Assembly: GCA_036172245.1 (NCBI GenBank)
Contig: JAYWIR010000057.1
Location: 248,001-312,000, forward strand
Direction of reading: 5' to 3'
DNA: 64,000 nt
From: Raillietiella orientalis
Lineage: Eukaryota
How positions within the stretch are numbered: position 1 is the stretch's first letter; each line of letters opens with the position of its first letter. The position numbers and the translations under genes were made by a program. Positions 50,660 to 63,600 of the stretch are shown here, one piece after another. The notes below the pieces were generated by a model that was not told the origin of the DNA, did not search any database, and was given only the letters and a program-made list of their open reading frames with translations.

Positions 50660-51235
50660 AGAATGAGTCCTCTCACGCTTGGTAGGGAACCTCTTCCTTA
50701 TTCTCCCCGGAGGGACCCCTCTGACCCGGGGGGACTTTCCGAGTTCCACAATTGGAAACCTGGAAAGGACCCGTGACTGGAATTTCATCTCTCAAAAGAC
50801 TCCCTGGAAAGGGAAGGGACATCCGAAGGGAACCACGAAAGAACGCTTCCCAATTTCTCTAAAGGGTGCTCCCCGAAGGGAGCAGTGCGCTTCTTAACAC
50901 TCTGGAGAGGCAACCAACCTCAGAGGGAGGAATCAACCAGCTCCATGGTGCTGCCACACTTTCATAATCGGAGGGAAACCCCGGAGGACTCTTTGATTCC
51001 TGGAAGGACTCTGTAGGGTCAACTTCCAGTCCCGCTTAGTCGACGGGGGCATCCGTCTTCCACGAGTGTCGCACTCAAAGCCAACCGGGACCAACCGGCG
51101 TCGTCTTGCGGGGGGCACCTGAAATCCACGACGTACCCATTTGTCGGCGTCGACTTTTCCCCGGAAGGGATTCGAACTCTCAACTCTCGGTGCTAAACGC
51201 GGAGACGGCAGCCGCAAGACCGCCAACGCGAGAGT
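50660..51235 (-). mobile_element. SINE-like family, copy C (best-preserved Pol III promoter)
   Basis: A-box-like TGGCGGTCTTGCGG (51225-51212) and B box GAGTTCGAATCCC (51179-51167) at tRNA-like spacing. The body matches copy B (CGACGCCGA, CCGCAAGA.GACGC.GGTTGG, GTCCTTCCAGGAATCAA, GGTTGGTTGCCTCTCCAGAGTGTTAA). Confidence 0.78.
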
Positions 51236-54200
51236 ATGGTTGCGGTGAATGAATTTCCCTGGACCAGGAGGAGGAATCAAGGTAAACCAGAATGAAGAAA
51301 GAAATGCAGGCTTCTTTCTTTTGACATCAAATGGACTGCCTGCACTTGCAAGAATTGAGACTGGTACACACCGACTGGTACTTTGATCTGCATCCAGGAC
51401 CATTTTCCAGTCGCAATTTTATGAGTCATTCTTATCGTTCTGGATGCTGGTGAGGTTTGAATCTCTCTCCTTCCACCGTTCCTCCGCAGCACGGTGCGGT
51501 TCAACTAGGAAGCTTCTGCAAAGCTGATCTTCATCGTGTTTCAGCATTGTCATCTATTGAAATTGGGGCCATGCCTGACTTTGTTCGCTCCACTCTTTAT
51601 TTTGATCGAAACGATCATTTCAGGCAACCACCATGTCTTTAAATCAAGTTCGACATTCTTCCCTTCTTTTACCTCCCGAGTGGGTGACGTAGAAGGAAAC
51701 CTCTCAACGGGGCGACCGGCAGTGATGGTAACAGGGATGATTTGCGATTGCGAATGCAGTCGTTTTACCAGGTCAAGAGTCATGAGATGCATCTGCTTTC
51801 GACGAAACTTTCTCTAAAATGGGTGATCTTCTTCCAGATCTTCCTGCTTCTGCTTCTGCTATCCGTGAAGCACTATCCATGGATTTCAAAAGACTTTCCC
51901 TCTTATGTGTAAAAGACTTCATCTCAGCGCGCAGCACCCATTTTTTGGGATTCATCCAGAAGTTCCTTCCTTGCTTTGCTTCCCGATGTTTCCTCATCAA
52001 AACTTTTCCAGATGATGCTGACAACCAGGATGCTTAAAGATCACCTTGGCGACGAGTCTTTCTGAAACTCTCTTCGATGGATCCACGGGAAGCTTTTACT
52101 TTGGACTTGAGTATCTGGGTGGCCGTTTCCGTTTCTTTTGTTATTTTTTCGCACAGTTTTCTTGTCATCTTTCCTGATCAGCTGGTTACCTGTGCTGAAT
52201 GAGCAGCCGTTGCGGCCATGGAAAAGCCTCGATTTGTACGCTCTCACCAGCTGAATCAGCAGCACCTTTATGCTCCTATGTGTCGACAGAAGCATTGATG
52301 CTCGACGTTGCTGCCATCAGCGGCAGCATCGAACACATTCAAAAGTATGGTGGTGATCCACCAGTCCTAAGGTAATTGCTATTTTCCCAAACATCAAAGC
52401 GTTCCCTATCAGCACAGTACGGAGGACTTCCGGCAATAACTAAGTTTACGAGACGAAGAGTAGTAATCGTAGTCTGAGACCATCCACTCCACTTCAACGT
52501 CTCTCACGGTCACATGAGGGTGATTTCATTGGTCTGGTCTCATTTCCGTTTCTTCGGCTCTAAAAGATGTGCAATGCGTCCTGCTCGACCACATCATGGT
52601 ATTTGCCACATCCGTTGCCATGACATCACTTCTTTCTTCTGCTTTCTCCTCCTGCACCTGCTGAGAGAGCAGTTTTCCTGTTCCTTATCTGGCGAGAGGT
52701 ACGAGGAAAAAGATAATGCAAAGAGGATGCCGTCTGGAACTGACGGATACGGATGAAGAAAAACCCAGATGCGAAATGTATCCACACCGATGCTACGAAA
52801 AAATCATGGTAAAGACATCGTATTATTTCCAGCCTCATCCAGATCCCAGGTGTCCTCGTACTTGTGCTCTTTACCAAAATCTTCATCTGTTCTTCACTGT
52901 TTTACAGCCCAGAAGACTGAGGTTCGCCGAAATCAAACCTAGCCTCCTGGGTGATAAAACTGTCCTCAAGATCACGCGCGAAGGAAGGCCACAGGGAGAA
53001 GAAGAAAAAAGACATCCAAACTCCTCGAAGTCCTCAAAGACGAAGATAAAGACAGGACTGGAATCAGAAAGGAAGGTCGCTTCATTCTGATCTTGCAGCC
53101 GATCTTGCATTTCGTTCACTTCAGCACTGGAGACGGATAACTGAAGATGGGTTCCTGGAGACAACACGTTCCATGACTCCAGCGAGTGGATTCTTAACTT
53201 TGGGGTTCCAGAACTGATTTTTTTCCTTCAAATACTGTTCTGATATCAGACATTAAGTGAGGGGGATCCTAAATGATTCTGCAGGAAATTGGAGGCTGCG
53301 TTGCTGACTATAGAGCTAAGCGCAACGTGGTCGAACATGCATTCCCTGTGTTCAGTATCTCCTGGTGATCAAAGGCACGATATTTCGAAAAGAAGCATCA
53401 TGAAGGGAAGAGCCCGAGAAGATGCGGGAGCGGCTGCGAAGATTCGTCGTTCCCTAGCAGCGGGATGATCTTTCTCCAGTTCAGGAAAAAGTCAGGAGCA
53501 TCATCGACTAGGGAATCCGGTCTGCTCGCTCTGTTTAGGAAGAGAAACCACGTCTCGCTGCAGATTTAAATAAACATCTCAGAGGACAAGGAAAAACCTC
53601 AAAAACATCCTGGATAGATGGAAATTTTTTCCCTACACGTATAAAGAATAAAAGGTTAAGACAGGCTACATTTCAAAAGGACGCTAAAAGCAGGCGTAAA
53701 CAGAACCACGTTGTTACAATAATGAGCGAGAAAATGAGAGAGATAATGGGTATGAAATCTTCAATCTCTTCCTAATGATGTGCCTACACAGTATGGAAAA
53801 ACGGGAGTGAAAATTACCCTCCCCATCCTCCTTGCCTGGATGCTGGGGTTTTCAGAGAGGCAACCAATTTGGCATCTTTTCCGAGGTTCCTGCATCGAGG
53901 TGCTGACGCGTCCCTCAGGGAAAGTCCTTGCCACGTCATTTGGCGAATTCTGGAAATCACACTCTCCGATCTTGGCCTTTTCCTCCGCTTTGGTATGCAC
54001 CCCGTTTGTCCTCGCTGGAATACGGGTCTCCTGTTGGGGTTGCCTATAGCTGATCTTGACATATCACTTCTCTCAGAAGATAACGTTCTCTGCAGAGCAC
54101 TCCTTGCCCAGGACTGGTCAGAGGCTTTTGGCAGCCCCTATAAACAGGACGATGCCTCCAGAAACGCGCGCTCTTCCAGGAGCGACCCGCTTTTTCTAAC

Positions 54201-54279
54201 ATCCTCTGTAGAGCTGCAAAGAGCTGATTCATCGGCAATAAGGCATGTTCCACGGGGATGCTTTTGGGGGAGGAGACTC

Positions 54280-54620
54280 GTTCATAAGTGGATTCTCTTT
54301 GCAATCTTTCGGAACCCTTCGCATCCTTTTGTTCTGAGTGTCTTTCCCCCTTGAAGAAACGGAGTATTTCTTCAGTCAGGGCGTTTCTTCTTGTAGTAGG
54401 GAAGCCTCTTAAGGCATTGCTCCCTCCGTAAACTGAAATCTCCAAAAAAGAAATTCCTGATGCAAGAGATCCTTTTAGGAAAGAAACATCCAGAAACGAA
54501 AGTAGACTTCCTAGAGAAGTAGCCATTGTTCGTGAGCCACGCTGTTCTCCCAGAAACAGGCTCTTCCCCATGTGATCCTCCCACCAGCTTGGTCTTTGGC
54601 GGAAGGCAGAATTTTCTAGT
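54280..54620 (+). mobile_element. Possible decayed gypsy-like integrase fragment
   Basis: Traces NGVFLQSGRF (cf. DNG..F.S..F) and DFLEK*PLFVSHAVLPETGSSP...LVFGGR (cf. L..YR..P...TG.SP.EL.FGR). Confidence 0.3.
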
Positions 54621-57600
54621 TCTTCGCCTTTTCGGGAACCGCAACACCTCCTGACACCGCTCACGAGCGAGGGTTTGCTTTAAGCTCGTGTGCGTCCAGT
54701 TTCGCGCGCTCCGTGGCGTGTGCTCGTGCACGGAAATGCCGTCGCTTTGATCTTCGCTTTGTCGACAAATAGCTGGTTCATGGGGAGCAAAAGCCTCCAA
54801 GGGGGAAGTGACCCCGTATTTTGGTCTTCCTGCTCAAGTGGCGTCTCACGTCTCAGCTACCGCAGGAGAATGTTCCAGAAAACAAAGATCCGCTCCCTTC
54901 TTGCCGCGCGATTCCCCAGTCCCGTCTACTCGTTGTTGTTAAAAGTGTTCTCCAAGCAGTAGTGTTCAGCACCAATCAAACTAATAACGGCGCATCGAGC
55001 GAGAGCCCCCTCTTGGAACTCATTTTGCCATCTGAGAGGCTCCATGACAGAAGATGAAATTATGTTTCCTATTCTGCAGTTCCACGCTGACGCGCGACCG
55101 TTGGGTCTTCCTCAGAATGAATTCATCATTACACAGTGAACCATTTATTTACCAGATTCATTCGGTATGATTCACTCCAAGATGATAAACGCATCCTGAC
55201 CAGCTTTCCTCCAGAGAAAGTCCCATTCTCCGTTTCCTGTTCCTTTGGTTCCTCCTGCTTTCGCTCTTGATGTCATAGCTCGCAGTTCTGGACAAGATAT
55301 AATTCTCCTTGAGGTCAGATCCCACTTTCCCACAAAAGCTTCAACGGAGGCAATTTTGGATGCAATGGAACCTTACGCAAACAGGCGACCACGATTTATT
55401 TTAGGATTCCTAAACAGCATTCATGGACATCTGCTCTTCTTCATGATCCAATCCTGCTTGTCGATAAACAAGGTTGATACGTTGATTAGGGAATTCTCAA
55501 ATACAGCATCGATGCCTGAGCATTGATCCTGCAGCGCGATATCTGTGTGCTTGATTTGCATCTTGCCGCGCAGCAGCCAACTTGCAGAAGCTCTTGTGCG
55601 TAAGAGAATTTGACCTTAAGTGACTGGGAGCAAAGGGTTCCAAATGCCACTTGGGACTCCCATATCCGTTTCCTTCTCCCGTTTACCCAGAAAGCTATCG
55701 ATAGTCTCTGGACGCCACTTTGCGTATTTCCCACGAATCTGAGCAACAGCTAAGCAGGAAGTTCAGGAAGACAAACCGATATTGCAGAGCATTCGCAAGG
55801 CATTGTACGATCCCCTACTCTTACGTTGAGAGGCTGGGAGCATGGTTATGATGCGGATAATAAGGGCAATATTGGGCACATGCGCAAGCGAATATGCAGA
55901 AAACGTAGGGCTCTTTCAATTCGTGGCAGGGTAACCCAGTAATGCCGCCCGTGTGATCATGCTTCGGACAGGAACCTGGAACTTCTTGCAACTGCCACCC
56001 TGTGGGTCGTTCTACAACTTGTCCCTACTATTTATTTTCGCCCGGTCACGCAGGGGTGTTTATTGTAAAGAATATTTACAAAAAAACAGTCATATATAAG
56101 ATGAAAAATGTTTTTCTCCGTGGTAATTTCACAGCATCACTACGAAGGGAAATGCCTCGAAGGCGCTGCTTCTCGTGATAGACCCTCCCTCTGAGGACTG
56201 CACAAGAGAAGTGGGAGAGGGGATGAACAAAAACAAAAAAACACAAAAGTTCAGTTTAAAAAATATGTGGGGAGGAAAGAGAAGAAATCACAAATTTGTT
56301 CCTGGTGTCCTCAACATCCTCTGGAGGATGTGGGCAACCTCCTCCTTCTGCTCGCAGAGATGTGGCCACCATCTTGTCGCCTTCCTCACGAAGGAGCAGA
56401 CGATCGGAATGACCTAACCGTCCGACTGGACTCTTCCGGCACGACTTCTCTCTGCCACGATCCCACGAGGCAGCAAGCAGCTGCAAGGGGAGCTGCAGGA
56501 GACATCGAGTCGCCCGCGAAGAGGAACCGCAAGACCTTTCTGCCGTTGTCCATCGGGAGTGGGAGAGCCGCAGCGAAGCGTTCCCGGACACTCAGGAGGG
56601 CAACACGATCTAACAACAGGCGCAGGAAGGTTTCCCGCCCCCCGCAACTGGCACAGCCTGGGTCCGCACTCCCCCCTGCCCAGTGGTGGACTCGCTCGTT
56701 GCATGGGATCGTCCATTGCAACAACTGCAATGCCGAGTCCTACCAATTCAGGGAAAGCGTGGAACTGCCCACAAACACTGGGGAATTTCTGCCTCTTCAT
56801 GAGGAATGTCCAGGAGCTCTTTCCGGAAAAGAATTCGTCTGAAAAGGGTACATGCGTCAGCCAGTTAAAGCTCCGTCCAGCATCCCAGCTGCTTCTTTTT
56901 TTCTCGCGATCTCCAGAACACTCATTTTCGCGTCCCTACTCTTTAGGGACTCGCAAAAAGTCGGAGGTCTGCTCGCATACGCTGCTCTCATATCGAAGAC
57001 ACAGTCTCGTCTTTCTACAGAATCTCCCACCCAGGATGTTATCGAGGACTGTGAACCTATCTACCCGGGTATCCTCCTACGATTTTTCCTATCGCCAAAG
57101 ATCGCCTAGTCTGTACTGTCGGTTTCATCGGACTCCAGATAAATCATGTCCTTCTGCTTTCATAGCTTGGTTCCAAGGGGTAAACTCATTTTTCGTTTTT
57201 ATTCACAGGATGCAATGAAAGCGCACGCGTGTCTATACTTCCTTTGGTGTTCGACAGAGATGAAGGCATGGCATTTCAAAGTCAAGGGTGAGCATGAGTT
57301 GGTAACGTAAAACGTCTCCTTTCTAACCGGAAATTTTGAAACTAGGCTCATTGATTGGCATTTATTGCTCGCCATTCTTCTTAAGCTGCTCGCATGATCG
57401 TTTTCAGATGTTTGAAACGAGCGACTGTGGCGAGCAGCCACACTGACTGATTCATTTTTTTCCAGTCATGGTGTCTTCACGTTCTCCACTTTGCTCAGCC
57501 TCCTGTCGTCCCGCTCGATCTCCCATCACCGAACGCTGGTAATTTCGACTTCTCGGTTCCACGTGAACTTCCTCACAGAGACGTTTCCGTGCGGCTTCAG

Positions 57601-60600
57601 CAAATGTCCACTCCTTCCATTGACTCCGTTTCGGATATGCATCACCGTCGACTCTGAATCTCCTTCACTCTCTTTCACGCTGTGCACCTGGTGCCAAAAC
57701 TTCATCCCATCGGCGATTTTTTGGGGGGAAAGGGGGGGAGAGACTTGTATTTGATTCAGACTGCTGTTTGCAAAACCAGAACACGTGCATCCTCTCACAC
57801 CAACGTCGCGGTCGTAAATGTTAGCAAGAAGGCAGTTCCGAATTTCTTCCAAGTCTCGGCAAAGGGCTGCCTTGATGGTCGCTGCACACCAGAATGGGAA
57901 CCGTTTCATGATCGCGAAGATTCGATCCTCCCATCCGCTTTGTGCTGAGCACTCCTGCGTCCTCATGAAGCAGTTCCATTTTTCAAGAAGCTTTCGAGCT
58001 CTCCTGAACGTCCTGGCAATCCAGAATGCTTCTGGAATGCTAGTGCTGCAAGCACCGCATGAAAGAAACGTCAATGTAGCTTTCTATCCTCAACCAGAGA
58101 AGCATCTGAGAAGGTCTCTCGCATACGTGTTTCTTTCCCTTATGTTTCCTCAGTGTCTTTGCACGAACCTCTGTCCTTGTATCCTTCGAGGCTTCTTCAC
58201 TCCTTCGTTGTTGGGACTCTCTTGCTGCTTTCCTTCTCAGTTTGCACTCTCACTGAATTGGAGACGCAAGTTCGTCGTCGTCAGGATGTCTTCCATTATT
58301 CGTTCCATTGGAGGCAACGCGATTGGTAGATTCCAGGCCGCAGAAAAAGCTGTGAGCAACAGATGTGAACGGGTTGAGGGAGGACAGAAGGATTTGGAGA
58401 CCCTCCCACGGCAAGAATGGGTTCCTTTGCCCCTTGCCTCTGCTCTCTGACTACATTACCAAAAACAACGGAGCATCGTAACCCAATTTGACCACTTCCT
58501 TCAGGCCGCCTTGTGTAACTGACAAGATGTGGATTTACTGACCCAAAGCGATCTCTCAGTCTCAGCCAAGGAAAAGTATATGCGGTTTCTGTGGTTTCGT
58601 GGCGCCTGTTCTCGCCTGTCTGGTTGCGAGCGTCATCTTTAAGACGGCGGTGGACAACCGGATGGCTATCCCCCGTAATTCGTCAGTCTGCCAACTGATG
58701 GTGCTGCTGTTCTCCTTCCCAATGAGTGTTGGACACTGTTGAGAACCACCGGCTCGAGGCCATTCCCACGTGATCTGTTGATCATTGATGATCCATTTCT
58801 CTACCTGCTGTTGCCGCTAGATTTTTGGGAGGATCCTGTGATCCAGGTTGCTTTCGAGAGGTACTGCCACCTTGTGAAAAGATGATGGACTCCATGGGTC
58901 AACGGACAGTAGAGGAGGACGGGAAAAAAGATGGGGATGATGTTCATTCTCAATGCTGCTGTAACTGAGAATGAGCATGAGAAAGAGGGGGTACTATCAG
59001 AAACGTGTCACAAATGAGAAATCGCCGCCCCCTTCATTCGTTTTTCAGGATGCTGGATCCTGAACCGGGACTTTCAGCCTGATGCAGTCTCCAGGAATCG
59101 AGGCTGTAGCACAGACGATGATGGACGCTACCTCTTCCGATTTTTGCGATTCAGCCAAGTCATGTCCGGTCGAAATCCGTCTCTTCCTGCACATTCATCT
59201 CAGCACCTGATGAGAGCGCCGAATCACGAAATTGGATCCTGTCCATTCTCGCCGTGGGAAGGTCTTCCCTCAACCCGTTCACCTCTGCTGCAATGCACAA
59301 AGAGGATTTTTTTCGTGCGGAGAAGTTTCAGTAGAAGGTCTGCAATACGGTTGAAGGCCTGCGGCTGAGGATTTCTTGAGGCATTCTGATTTCTCGTCAT
59401 GGGACCGTGAAGCTGGGAGGAAAAGAGGAACAAACAAGGCGATGAACAGATCTTTTCCCTTCAAGAAATGGCCTGTTTGCTTGAAAAATCGACGGGAAGC
59501 AGGCAAGGACGGAAAGCGCGATTCGACTCTTCCTATTCCACCGCTCTCCCGCTCTCGTCCATTCCTTCTAACCCCTTCAGTTTTGGTGAAATGAAGGCCT
59601 GTCAGTGGAATCACGGGAAAGCTCTCCTCATCTGTCCAGGTGAAACGAAAAGTGGAAATCTGTTTGTCGGTGGCGACCCGTGTTAGCTGCCCATCTGTCC
59701 TTCCAGGTGGCTCCTTGCCGTCATCTTTGATTTGTCTTTGTTATAGGGTCACACAGAATGAAGTGCTCCACCCACACTCTCTGGTTCGAGGAAACTCCCT
59801 CGAATTTCCTTCGGGTTCCTGAGCATGCCAGGTGTTACTTTGAAGAAGTCACCGGTTTCAAGAGTCGTCGACCCTTTTTTGATTCCACTGGAAGCGGTCG
59901 CAGAACATCAGGGGCGACAAACAAGCAGAGGACCATGCCAATGAAGCCCTTATTACTCAGGAATCGTCGTGTTCTTTGAGGTCAAAGACACTTGCGCCAT
60001 GTGGCGATGCGCCGTTCTGCTTGTCCTGCTTGGATGGATTCCACTGCTGGAAGATCACATTGTGGGAATCATCTCCAACGAAACCACAAGGGAAGCCTAG
60101 AATCGCCCGGAGGCTTGTAGGGGAGTTGCCTAGTTTTTCTCCAAAGGAGAGCAGGCGATTCACTCTCTCTGCGTCCTCCTGCTACAACAAGTGCATCCAA
60201 GCACAAATTTTCAGTTATACATCCCCTGGGATTAGCCAGGATACGTGTCTCAAGCAATTGCGCTGCCGATGGGCTGACCAATGCGAAGAATTTTCCTCTC
60301 TTTCTCACCGCGTCGCTACAGCAACGATGCCATTGCGGGGACGGAGACCCTGTGGTGGCTGCTGAATTCATTGCAACCGAATGACAGCTGCCGATTCTTT
60401 TCTATAAAAGCGTGCCAGACAGAGGTTCCGGACGTTTTCGATCCATATGCCGTAAGATGGTGTCGCTTGCTAGCAACAGAAGAAGGCTATACTTCTCCGA
60501 AAACTCTGTACACATGTCCAGAATATTTTTCCTAGAATTCCTGTGATATTTATACAATGAAGTACAAAAAAAAAAAATATACAGCTAAGGGAACCATTAC

Positions 60601-63600
60601 ATACCACACGCCGGACAAACGAATTCCGTTCTCTTGAGGACACAGAGGTTTTGCAGAATTGGTGTCATTGTCGACTGATGAAGAGGGTGTGCCCTCGAAG
60701 TTCTCTTTCGATGGTCATCACAAAGCGCTAATTCTGCTTCCCTGAAGTCGGCGCAATCCCAGATCGGGTTTGCTTTCCGGAACGCCCGTCACGTTCAGAA
60801 AGAAGACAGAAGGGAACGAAAGAATTTCCACCGCCGCTGCTGCTGCTGACAAAAAAAAGAAAAAGTCTTAGAAGGAGAGTCCTTCGTAGAGAGTTGACCT
60901 TTATTTATCCGAAAGCAGCAGCGCCTCGCTTTCCGACGGGATGAGGGACGAGGAGATACCCGGGGAGACTCTCGGGAGCACGCGAAAGCAAAATCTGTTT
61001 AGCTGGAGAAGAAAAATGCTTGTTTTGGAGACAGACTCGTAAACACGACGTCTCTCATGCATGCATGGGGGAGGCGTCCGAGATGCAAGGGTTGGTATGC
61101 TGAAAGATACAGATGCAGACACCGCGCTGGGTCCTGGGAAGCGCTCCGGAGCGGGAAAAAGCTGCTCGTCTCTTGCAATAAATGGATCGTGGAGCTGCCT
61201 GGGCGAATTTGGGGAGCTCTGAAGATAATTTCGGTGCTGCCGTTCCTGAGTCTGCTTCGGGGTGTCGAGCTGACAAAGGCCGCGAGCGAACCGGTGAACG
61301 CATCCGTGAGTCAGGAATTTCGGGTGATTTCCGCAGTCCTGAGAACGGGGTCCCGGAAGTTTTCAAGTCCACTGGGCTTTTCTGGATTCCTGGAGCGCAT
61401 TCTCGCTCCTCGCAAGGGACACAGGGCCTCATTAAAAGGGGGTTCGTTTTGAAGTTTTGAATGGTGCTGATGAAGGGACTTGATTTTGACCGGTGCTGAC
61501 GTCAGTTCCGTGATCGTCCTGTCCTCATAGGTGAGCTCTTAGACAGTGTTGGATTCTTCGCTCGAGGCCTTCTTGCCTTCTCATCTCCCGAAGGAATGCC
61601 CCTGTGCAGCTTTTTCACCGACAGTATTCTCTCGTACAGATTCTTCGACCATCGCTTGCCTGCAACGGTGACTTCCTGGGACCTGAGGTCGGATTCCCAC
61701 AGCCCATCAGAAACGTCCCTTTAGGGACAACAACGACTTTTGGTCGAAGATGTGTGAGAAGAATTAGGCAGACTAGGTTGATGGTTTCGCAGCAGTCGCA
61801 GTTCCAATGTCCCAGGGAATGCTCCTCCTGCCTGCGTGGGTGTAGAGGGATATAAAGATGCGCAATCCTCCCGCGCCTGGGTTCATGAATCCTGTGCTTC
61901 CATTGATGGACAAACGCTCTGTAGTCGTTCGTGTGTACTGGAAAAACGAAGCGTCTTCCGTGCTGGCAGACAAACGCTGAAGACGTCCGCCTCGGGTTCT
62001 GCAGGTTAACGAAAGGGTGAAGGAATAGATTTGGAAACCAATTCTTTAACTGAGGTCCAGAATTGACCCGGCACTGACCAACTCGAAATCTTTACGAGGT
62101 TCCAGCATTTTCGAGGTGGAAAAATCTTGCTATCGCCCTTGTTCCGTTTTTTTTCCTTTCTTTCCTTTTTTGTTAGGTCTACCGGGATTAAAACGCTGGT
62201 GTTTCCTGCGTGCTCTTTGTCGTGTCTTCTGAACTTTGAATCCTACATCACCATGGAGACGCTGCACCACCGCCGACTTTGCATCTAAGAAAGGGAAAAA
62301 AAACGATTTTAAGAAGAATCAGGATAAAAAAAACAAAAAAAACACACACAAAACGAAATCTTACCAGTTCCTTAAGGAATGCATGAGCTTTCTCTGGAAT
62401 GTACCAGAAGAGATCGGAGTAGCCAATCTTAGGGATGTGGGACGGAATCCCAAATTTTCGAAACAAAAGGAAGCAAAAGATAATCTATGGGATGGAGGGC
62501 AACCTTGAGAGCAGGATTGAAATTGCCAGGAGATCAGCATAAATATTTAGAATCGTAGGTGTGACAGAAACTGAGAAGATAAACAAGAATAAAATTACAC
62601 AAAGTGATGCAAGCGTCCTTCGTCGCTGCAGATAACGCGTTCCGAGATGTTTAGACTTCAATTTTCAGCCACCTGAGATCATCCCCCCCTCTCTATCTGC
62701 AGTTTCCTCATCCGTGAGCTTTTCCGGTTATCGCGACACTCCACGAAAATGGGAAACATTCCGTCGGTGGATGGCGGTTCATCCAATTCATCCTCCCCTT
62801 TCTGCTCTTGTGCAGCTGAAGGTGGAGAGGTCCTCCTCGCCTTCGAGCGCTTCCAGCTTCCTCTGAAATCTGGCGATCTCATCGCGCTGGAGATGGCGGA
62901 TACGGAGGAGGAACCGTATAAGCATGGCTTCCTCAGGGAAGGCGCCAGGGCTGGAAGTCTGCCCAACTTCCAGACAACAAGGAAACCTTTAACTTCCTCT
63001 GCCACAACTGCGACTGTCATGTTGATATCGGATGCCACACCAACGTTTCCAATTAAATAGTATTTAATTAGCAGCGCATTTGTGGCAACGTCTGTCTTCA
63101 TTACCTGTACTTTTCCCCTTCTTTATAACGTACAATGCCTGTGCCCCGGGATGCACGTCATCGTGCTGCATGTTCCCGTTGATGTACAATCAAACTGCGT
63201 TCAATTCTTAAGACATTTCTCACTTTTATTCCGTGCTTGAAAAATTGCAAAATGGCGTCCTTTTCTCTCCCCTTTCGTGAGCATTTCGCAAAGTTATTCC
63301 TGTCGCTCGAAACCGCAAGCGTAAAGCAGCCATTCTGGCGGGCGCGGAGGGGCTTTGCAGCGACCATCAAGAGGGGGCAGGAAGCCGATACCAAGCGAGA
63401 AGGCAGGCAGTCTTTCTGGAAGCGAGAGACGATGAGGACGAATGAGAATGCTGGAGGAAGAGCGTCGGAGCCCCAAAGGTTCCAACGTGCACCGGCATTC
63501 GCTTCGGCGCCGTTGTCATCAAGCAGCGACTACTCCTTCCAGCTCGTCCGGTGCCACTGGAGGACACCCAGCGTTTCCAGACCGAAAGCCTACTTGAAAA

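Noticed and set aside
50660..50740. Minus-strand GGAAAGTCCCC...GGACTCATTCT resembling RNase MRP CR-I and CR-V
   Set aside because: The spacing is far too short, the motifs are absent from the other two copies, and they lie within a SINE-like repeat.
51160..51235. tRNA-like sequence with A and B boxes
   Set aside because: No proper acceptor stem or cloverleaf and no Pol III terminator. It continues into the repeat body, so it was called a SINE head.
60675..60700. CTGATGA-A-GAGGG-TGTG-CCCTC-GAAG, hammerhead-like with a good stem II
   Set aside because: Extra base before the stem, GAAG instead of GAAA, and no stem I or III.
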